A stretch of 61,382 nt of DNA, filler included, from Sluysia triapertura (lineage: Eukaryota): the NCBI GenBank assembly GCA_046118255.1. It is 4 parts of 4 records of this genome, joined end to end, with 100 filler letters (N's around TTAATTAATTAA, not from the genome) between each part and the next. Parts side by side here need not be neighbours in the genome. Positions count along the whole stretch, not along the records: positions 44,996 to 61,382 come from JBJNIA010205371.1; 3 more parts are not named here. One strand, given 5' to 3'. Positions within the stretch are counted from its first letter, which is position 1. Each line of letters opens with the position of its first letter. Both the position numbers and the translations under genes were made by a program. Positions 51,629 to 61,382 of this stretch are shown here, one piece after another. Below the pieces are notes generated by a model. It ran no database searches, was not told the origin of the DNA, and saw only the letters and a program-made list of their open reading frames with translations.

Positions 51629-54600
51629 CACTATTATTATTATTATTGTAAAGATAAAATTATAATCTAAAAGAAAAATGTAGGTGGTCATATGTAGGAC
51701 CTGGCTGTAACGTAAGTAATAAATTATAAACAAAAGTCTCTTATAATAAAATCAAGCCACAATAATGAAAATAACGATTAATAGTATAAGAAAACTATAA
51801 AATGACCATTAATAGGAGTATTATGTAAAAAGACTGTATATTAATCAAAGGTTTGGAAAGTAAAAGTCATTACTACATTCAAAAACAATATAAAATTACA
51901 ATCCTAACACGATTAGTTTTGTTTCTGTTGTGTCTAGAATAATTTTTATTTCTGTGTTAGCCTTTTTATAAGTGTTATTTAGCATTTACGTTATTGTAAA
52001 AACGATACAAAAAGATACAAAGAATTATTGACATAAGAAGAAGATTAGCAAAGTAATAGACAAATTAATTAAAATTATGATAATTAATTAAAAAGAAATT
52101 TGGTGAACTTTTCTATATTCAGATACTTTTCTTTTGACTAATTCAGAGAATTTTGGATTCAAGAATCCGTTCAGGAGAAAAATATAACAATAAAGATCTT
52201 TATAATTGTAAGAGTAACTATTGAGAGATTGACAAAATGACTTCAGAAATAGAACATAGAAATAGAAACACCAGATAATCATAACACCAGAAAATGAAGG
52301 GGAGGGATTATATCTTTATTGAATGATAAAGCCATAATGTGTTCGCATGACATAATTAAAGCTGGAAATAATTAAAGCATGACATAATTGAATGTCAAAT
52401 CCAAAATCCAAACTAATGATGTAAAACTATTGCAGTGAGCCTTTAAGCTTTCAATTAATCTTAATTTTATTAACTAATTTCGTCGATAAATCCCAAACAT
52501 TTGCCAATTCATCTGAAACGCTAAGTTTAATATAAATATGTAATTTAAATAATCATATATGAATATTTGTATAATTAATAATTTAATTTTCATTTATATA
52601 CAACAGCAATAAAAATTTCAATTTTTACATCACGTTAAATAATTCATGGTTAATAAATATTGCCAGCAACCAAATAAACTCTAATTTTAGAACATGATCA
52701 AAATAAAAATTAGTCTAATATTTTTAAACATATTGAAAAAGAAGATGTATCAATTAATTAAATATAAATATAAAATCCTTAATAATTTGTAGTAAGTTTT
52801 GTCTTCACAAACTGTATATTGGTTCATATTTTGATTTTAAGAATTTTGGTGTATTTATATTTTCACTAAATATTTGTATGAGAACAGTGTAAAAATAATC
52901 TTAATACGGCTTGTTTTGTTTTCTTTTGAATTATCAAAATTCAAATATTAAACATTAATATATAAACTGTGTTGCATTACCTTATTTTCTCGTAGGTAAA
53001 AAATGATCACTTTTATTTGTAAATTGTCCATAAAATTCGTAATAAAAATACTTCACTATGAATAAAGGTTAAATGATAATGCATATACTGTTCGAAACTC
53101 AATGAAGAAGACTAAATGTCATGTATTATCTAAATTGGAAGGGTTTTTATAGAAACTTAGAAGTAAATTAACGTTGCTTCTGACTTTGACATCAACAGTG
53201 AGTCTATGTTATCATCAAAAATTTCAAATTCAAAATTTTTTATGTATAAAAGCCAGATCATTAACAAGAAAAAATTTCTTATTAAATTCGTTATCTCTAG
53301 AACCAGGGCAGCTACTGGGCGTGGCGAAAACAATGGCACTGACGATAATGGATCATGAAAGAATAACATTCACAATTACACCGACAAGAATAAGTTTGAA
53401 CTTTTCGTTATTTTTTAAATTGGCTATAATGATGAGAAAAAACATCTCGATCAATAAACGGAAAACAAGTGAATGAGAAAATCATGAACGTGTAAATTTC
53501 AGATCATTACGCGTTTTTATTAATATTTTATTGAATGGCAATTCACTAATCAATTTTTGTCATGTTTGATTAAGAAAAAAATGAGTTAGCATCATCGGGA
53601 AGGAACTTTGTATATCAAACAGTTCAATCGACTAGCATTGTTAATGACTTTAGAAGAACAGGGATTATTGAATAAGAAGTACTTCACACAAAGAAGATGT
53701 AGAAAAACAACTTCAATGTTTGATCAAGTATTCCGTTTTGGAAGGGTTCTATTAAAAATAAAGACGAATAAAGTACCTTGAATAAAATAATTTCTAATTT
53801 TTAATTTAATTTAATTTTTAATTAATAATTTTTAATTTTATTGAAATTTTTACAATTCATACTTTTTGTGTTTTGATTGTAAAATATAATAATTGTTTGT
53901 ATATAAATTATATAATAAGTGTATTATTAAATCAATATTGTTATCTTTGCAGAGAAGATGAAATATTGTATTAATGATTTAAACAATTACAATTTAAAGA
54001 ATGAACTATTTACTGCTAAGAGTAGTTAGTCATATGATAAAAAATAAAATATAAACAATTAATTTAGCATCCATAATAATTATCATTAGTATTGTTATGA
54101 TAATTCTTCTTATATGCTCTAATTACATTAAGTTTTATAAATGTTTTATTTAACAACATAAACAAAACTATGAGATAAATTGAAATTTTAGAAGTTACTC
54201 ATACATTTGACTGCTTTTTAATTAGTTTCATAATGATACAAGTATAATACATTCGAATTTAAGCAAAAGAATAATCTTTCACTGAATATAACTAAAATAT
54301 AAACTCTATAAATATAAAAAATATAAAATCTATTGTGTAAAACATCAGTTAGCTTTCAAGAAACTAATATATGTGATAAAAACATCATAAATAAATATAA
54401 ATTATTTTTAAATTTGTATTTAATTATACACAAATTTAATTTTCTAACTAATTTATCTTATTTCACTTAAAACAATTAATTATAAAGCCATTATAATTAA
54501 TGTTTTTATATTCTTTAAACTTCATAAATATAATATCGAAGAAATTATTTTTAAATTTATAGGAAATTATGCAAATTTAATCTTTTCTATATAATTTATT

Positions 54601-57259
54601 TAAAACAAATTACACAACTATTGTAATTAGTGTTATTACTTTATTTTATTTTAAATTTAATTTAAAATCTAAGTTGATTTTTAGTGAAATTGTCTTGGTT
54701 TAATTAATGGTCTTATTAGTAATGTGAAATTTATTTGTTTGTGTACAATATTGTTTAGTTTCAAGTAAAAAGTGAAAATATTTTAATAATGTTTTAATAT
54801 ATAAAAGTCCATTTTTTAATTGCTGAAACTTTAAATCTATAAATAGTCGTTATAATAATATTGAAAATATAAAATTCTAACAATTTATTATGTTGGTACA
54901 AAATTATTTTATGCAATTTTTTTCTATTTTAGAGATTTTTTTGCTATTATCGAGTTTTCAGTTTTGATAAGCTATCGGTGGAAGTTGAAAGTGTTTAGGT
55001 CTTGTCGTACTCAACCTATAATTCCAACATTATTTTAGTCGATCCCGGAGAACTTTTTGTTTGAATACCAATTAGAATGATTTGATTAAGATGCTTAAAC
55101 ATACTAGCAGCTCATCGATGTGAAACCACTGCAAAGGTTGTCGAAAAGTAATTGGTATTTCTTTAATTAAACGTCTGATTATTTTTTTGGCGCAATTGTT
55201 GCCCAAACTAGTTGGTCCCGGTTAGTTGATAGAACGAAATAAGTCGGTTTGAATAAATGGAAAAGAAACAATTGTAATGACAATGAAATATGTCCAGTAG
55301 ACCACAAAGGGTTTATATATAATTATCAGTCAAAAATTTTGTATGAATTAATGAATAAACAAGTAATGGCAATAATTAAATTTTATAATTAATGTATTAA
55401 AAATTACTATAAATATTAATATATTCAAACTTAATATGTTGAACAACTTTATCAAGATTGAACTTTCAAAATGTCGTGTTACGTACTATTTCAAGATATT
55501 ATCACGTAAATAATGCATAATATTTAGTTTTCCTTAATAAATTGACATCAATTTATTTAAAAACAGATATAATGGTTTTAATAAATGCAAACTTTTATTC
55601 ATATTTCTATCTCTAACATCAGAGACAAGTAAGAATAAGTCTAATTTAGAGTTATAATAATAATAATAATTATTATTATTATTAGTATTATCATTATTAT
55701 TATTTAAATTCAAAAATTAATTAAAGTTAAATTTATTTTGACGTAGTTTTCTTCTTTGAAATCTGTTTAAATAAATAAAGGAATAAATAAATAGTTTGGA
55801 ATGTCTGTTTTCAAAATTTAATTGGCAAAATAAAAATAGCTTTCAGTTTCTTTATATTTTAAAGACTTTATTAAGTTTGAGGATGAGGATTGCTTATACA
55901 TTTACTTAGGTGCGATAAGTACTTTCTTTTATTACTTAGGCCTTGGCCTAACTTGACGTTAATTTTTTTATTTAAAATTTTATTAACAGAAGATTTAGTT
56001 ATACATGAAAGCCACCTAAGGACTGACAAAATCAGTAAAACATTTTAACGGGAATAGTTGACCCAAAAGTAAAATATTAAAAAGAAACACGAATATGAAT
56101 TTTAGAATAGAAATAACAACGTTCTGGAACATTTGTTGTAATTGCTTTTTGCAATATATTGTTTAATTTAAATTAGTATCCACAATGTATGATTTAACTA
56201 AACTTAATGCGACTAATTTATATTGAGGTAACTTTAATCGTATTAAAACATTAAACTTTTGAAATATTTTATTAAACGTCTGATCTATTTTACTAAAATT
56301 TCTGCCTATTTGGCTACTGTAATTACTAGCATATCTTTTTATTTTAATTTGTAAAATGGCCTTATACAAATTTAGTTAATTTAGAACTTTAGTTACTAAA
56401 ATATTTGATTCATAAGGATTTATTAGTTCAGTAGAGTAAAATTTACAAGACTTTATGAAACTCATGATACTAAAATAAATTTAGTAATATTTTACCAACT
56501 GTTGCTTTAGCCGCAATTTCATTAAAAGAGTCATCATTATGTTTTGCATAATCATAATTAAAATTAATATGCAACAAGTCAACATTTATTAACAGTACTG
56601 AGGTACAAGATTCCCTGGTTTGATCAATAAGCTTTCGATTGCATAATTTTGATTCAGCTGGTCGCATTGCATCGGTGTCCGTAAGGTAACACAACAAGTT
56701 TTGCTCATTAATTTTGAAATGATTTTTAGTTATTAATTAATATTGCATTAATAATTAAAAAAATAATATAAAGTAATAAATAGTAGTAATAATGTATGAA
56801 AAGTAATTATAAAATAAAATACAAAAAATTAATGGAAGTTTTTAAGATCAAATTTAATAAAATTAATTTTTATTTAACTATTTGTGCTTACAATTATAAA
56901 TAAATAATTAAAACTAATATTGTAAAAATACATTAAATATTATACTGTTAAGTTATGATTTTAATCAAGTTGTAATTGGAAATGTAATGTAATATGATGA
57001 TCTAATGCAATGTAAATATATAAATTAATTGTGATTATAAATTCTATTGTAAATAATTATATATTTTAAAAGCAATTTTTATATTATCAAATTAATTTTA
57101 AATAAGTAATAAACATTTTGGAAACGTAAATATTTATATTAATTTATTTAATTATTAGAATTCAATTATTTAGAAATCAAATGTATATTTAAATTAAAAT
57201 AATTGTTTAAATTGAAACCTTCAAGATCAAAGTTATAATATAAAAGTTTTAGATCAATT

Positions 57260-57338
57260 TGTTAGGCTTCATAAAATAGACTGATCGGGGATCGGACCCG
57301 GGATCTCTCGCTTCGCAGTTCGATGAGTTATCAGTCCC
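57260..57338 (-). mobile_element. tRNA-derived SINE head, copy 2
   Basis: GACTGATAACTCATCGAACTGCGAAGCGAGAGATCCCGGGTCCGATCCCCGATCAGTCTATTTTATGAAGCCTAACA is colinear with 11524-11622. Confidence 0.7.
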
Positions 57339-58707
57339 GTATAACAATTTTATTTTATTATAGTCAATATTTATACATGGCACGTTAGGCTTTTGACACA
57401 CTTAAATGTTTTACATACTTAAAAGATATTCAAATTTATAATTTCAAATTATATTATAAGAAGTTATTCAAGTGAAGCTTTATTTAATAAAGATTTTTAT
57501 AAAAATTTGAGTCTTGACAGATATGATACTATTGGATATTTATCTATTCGTGTCGTTAGTTTCATTTTATATAAGTTACGCAATATTTTAAAATTGATTC
57601 TGTAAAATCTAGGTAAAATCTTTTTGTTAATTAATAAAAAAATAAAATCATTTATTTAAAATACAAAAAGTAAAAGTTATTAATAAAAAAAATCTAATTA
57701 AATTATTTATATCCTACCTTATTAAGTAAATTTTGTATGTATTTTATATCGAATTTATACAAGTTTTGATAATAATAAACCTTCCTGTTTTGAAGTATTT
57801 TCAATTAAATTTTTTCCCAAGGTTTCCTATAAGAAGAAACCTTAGTAAATTCTTGATAATATATTATAAAATCTCTTCTATAACTTCAGTAAATTGATTT
57901 GTGTATCAAACTCAGCAGTAAGTTGATAATAACGTTAAAACAAGAAAACGAAAAACAATAAGTCACATTTAAGAAAAAAATAAAGTAAATATACCTTTTC
58001 ACGTAAGGAAAAATTATTATTTACCTTAATTGAATTCATATTCCTTTAAAAATTCAACGGTCTATCCATAATATACGTTTGTGAACTCACATACTTTATT
58101 CTGTAAGATTGAATAATCATTATTAATCATTTTTAACAATAGTGTGAAATATTTAAACCTTAAATTAATGTTATATAAATTGTGTCAAATTTGGCAAAAC
58201 ATTTTTAAGAACTGATTTTTAAAAACGGCTTATTTAAATTAAATGTAATAAATAAATATTATTTGAATCATTATTTTATTTTTGTTTTATGTTTTGTTTA
58301 TTTGTTGAATTTGCTGTGATATATCTGTATAACCAAAATTATTGTTACTCTTGTTGATTGAATTGTTTCCGTTTATCTTTGTATTCACTTTCTTTAATCC
58401 TTCACATAATATGTAATTGTACTTTGTTAATACAAATTTAATAAATGATAAATTATTAGTACATGATTTATCGTCGATGTTTTTATTATTTTTCAGCATT
58501 TAGAAATTCTGTCTAAACAATCACAATAAATTTTGTTAATTTCTGTTGTAAGTTATTGCTTCTCTTGTTCTTATTGTACTTTTATTCGCATAAAATAAAT
58601 ACAAAAAATTTGGATTTTTGGCTTGTTTTTCTTAGATGCTTTTTGGAATTTCTTTGCATTGCGATCTTGATTACCTTTCAATCGGTTTAGTGTATCAAGA
58701 AAATCTT

Positions 58708-59265
58708 CTAATTATCCAAGAATTTTTGGATTTCATGAACTGCTTCTGCTAATCGAACAGAGCTTTTAGATATGGTGTTAACAGCACATTCTAAATCAAA
58801 TTTAGGATCGACAATATCCTTTCCAGATACAGCAAGTAAATCAACATACGAAACAGGTAAACTGATTCCTTTCTTTGAACCGAGATTTGCCACTTCACAG
58901 TTTAAGAAATCAAAACGTTTTGTTTGGACAATTTTCGTTATATTTTATAATAAATCATAATATTTTCTCCGAATATTTTTACTACAATAGTTACACAGAT
59001 TTTATTTTGCTTTTGCAAAGCAGCTTCCGTTAATAAAACCACATTTTATTTCGGGACTTTTAGTATCAAATGCTAAAGCTACTGACCTGTACTATGGTTT
59101 AGATGTTTCCACTGCTTCTCTAACCATTCAAATTGCTTCAGCGTGATACTCTTATGTGTCATGACTAATATTCTTTCTAGTAAAGTTAATTCCAGTTCCA
59201 ATCATAGTGCTTTCATTGTACAAATAATTGAAGAACTTTTAACCATTTCTTGTTCACGATCTATA
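58708..59265 (-). pseudogene. PK: Pyruvate kinase pseudogene (N-terminal part, intronless, decayed)
   Basis: SIICT, NISHDT*EYHAEAI*MVREA, YRSVALAFDTKSPEIKCGFI and LGSKKGISLP...VDLLAVSGKDIVDPKF...VRLAEAVHEIQKFL correspond to IICT, NFSHGTHEYHAETI, VALDTKGPEIRTG and LGSKKGVNLP...DLPAVSEKD of pyruvate kinase. In-frame stops and deletions. Confidence 0.9.
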
Positions 59266-61382
59266 TTTAAATTGTATTTGTGCTATAAGTTTAAATGAGT
59301 TACTACTGATTATTTTGTCTTGATTCTGCATGAAACAAAAAAATAACAATACGGTTTGCAGAAATCAAAAGGAAACAACGTCAATACATAAAATGGAAGT
59401 AATAAAAATAGATGAAAATGAAAATAATAATAATATGATGATGACGATGATGACAATAATGTTTTATATTATAACAATGTTAAATTTTAGATTGTATTAT
59501 GTAAGTATTGTCGTAACTATTATGTTGGGTCTTGCCGTTTGTGTTTTGTCAATATCTAAAGTTTATATTTATAATCTAAAAATAGTTTATGTATACATGT
59601 AAATATAGAATCTAATAGTTTATGTATTCAATCTAAACTATGTCTGTAAATATTGATTTTTATTAAGTAGAATCTAAAAATAAATTTTTTATTGTAATTC
59701 TAATAAAATTATTGATTTTAATTTTAATAGTTTGTTGGTATTGTTATTATTATTTATTTAAGTTTCTAGTATTTTCGGGTTTTGTAAGTTGTTTGTTTAT
59801 TAGGTGTGTTACGTTCGGTTGAAATATGTTTATAATGCAATATTCGCCACAATAATATATGTATTTTTCAATGTAACAAATTGTTTATTAATTCTACATG
59901 CGAATTTTTTATTTAAATCAGAATTAGAAAATCAAAATAATTTATTTAAGTAATTGTTCCATTTAATATAAATCCAGAATTTCTTATATTCACCTGCCAG
60001 AATAATAATAACAATATACAAATATTTTATTTCATATTATAATTATTTTTATTCTGAGCCATTTAAATTAGTGAAAAGAAAACATTTTAAAAAAGATATT
60101 ATAAATATATTTTTCTTTGCATATTTCTGTGCATACAACATTTCTGGCAAAGTATGATTTATTTGACTTCCTTTGTAATGTTTGTTTTCTTCTTCAGTTG
60201 ATTATTTTAAGATGATAAATTATTTAATTAGAACAAATATTTCTATAAATAAAACAGTTGTTTGATATTAAAACTCGAATTGTTTCGTTATGCATTTTTT
60301 TCAGATAAGTTTTATAAATTATAATAAATCTAAATACCTTGATAATCACAGTGGCATCTGTGAAAAATTATAGTTAAGAATAATTAATACTAATATTCAT
60401 AATAGTAATAGAAAATATTTAAGTAATTATAAAAATTTATCTAATAACGTAAGTAAATAGTAAATGATAAATACTATTTTAAAATATAATAAAAGTAAAT
60501 AATAAATTTTACGTGTTTACTTACAAAAGTAGATATTAAAGATAAAAACAACTTTATTTTAACGTGGTAAAACGTAACTGGATGAAAGTGATACATAAAC
60601 CAGAAGAGTTTCAATCACGTTCACTAATCACTTTAACTATTCTATGTAAAAAAATTCAATTTTTTGTTCCTGGTCATTCCAGTTATTTAGACGTTAATTT
60701 AATACTTATCTTAATACAAAATCTTATACTTCATTAAAGGTCCAAGAATAAAGAATGAAGAGGAATGATTTTCTATAAAAGAAAGTAATTTTACAAAAAT
60801 TAAAATACGTTTTCGAAAATCGAAAATAGTGTCAGCTACATATTTGTAAATTTTAAATAAAATAATTTAACTATAATATGTTAAATTAAAATAAAATATT
60901 ATGGGAAAAGACATTAAATTAATTTTTTGAATATTATAAATTATATAAAAATTAAATAATGTTATTATATAATAATTCTGGTAAATAAAATATTTTGTTA
61001 AAAAGCAATTAAATAGTAGCCCTATAATTTTAGTAACACAAACACACACACACACACACAAAACTTACAAAACGATTTTCTACAAAAGCAGGCATAATTC
61101 AGTTATTAAGAAATTGTGGTAAGCATGATATTCGATAATCGTAGACGTAATCCATTTATTAACAGCACCACTTTTGGCAAACATGATAATCAATCTTAAG
61201 GCACATCGCTGAAATCTGACTTGTAAAAAAAATTCGTAAAGTTTTAATGCATAAGGTTTCCATTAATTAATAAGATATAAAATAATTTTTAACTTCTATA
61301 TAATTTTTTTCAGCAGCTTAAACCAGTTATAAAATCAGTGTCAGAATTATATTATTTTTATATTAGACTAAGTCTAACACAA

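Noticed and set aside
52088-52440. GPCR TM3-like remnant on -
   Set aside because: Only a vague hydrophobic pattern in broken frames.
56470-56697. 75-aa ORF as an exon
   Set aside because: Possible GT donor, but no convincing acceptor, partner exon or motif.

Overview
Very AT-rich, intron-containing animal genomic DNA. The composition, (TAA)n microsatellites and short introns suggest a triclad flatworm, which is an inference. Three identical 100-bp N44-TTAATTAATTAA-N44 linkers split the window into four contigs (1-11123, 11224-25644, 25745-44895, 44996-61382), so adjacency across them is unproven. Recognisable genes: the 5' part of a protocadherin (- strand, two exons, 6 complete cadherin repeats and the start of a 7th); two back-to-back sets of coiled-coil exons lacking an evident first exon; two exons of a DUF4062 gene (TEP1/NWD1/TTC41-type N-terminus); three exons of a HELZ2-like Upf1-family helicase; and a decayed intronless pyruvate kinase pseudogene. 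The rest is mostly transposon debris (Tigger/pogo, mariner, Gypsy, LINE, hAT, piggyBac-type MITEs, a tRNA-derived SINE) plus several unidentifiable decayed coding-like tracts. The best novelty candidate is 30-42 kb: the DUF4062 gene sits head-to-head with a frameshifted intronless orphan ORF, with two G-U-rich RNA hairpins between them, all just upstream of the helicase exons. All translations and splice calls were made by eye.
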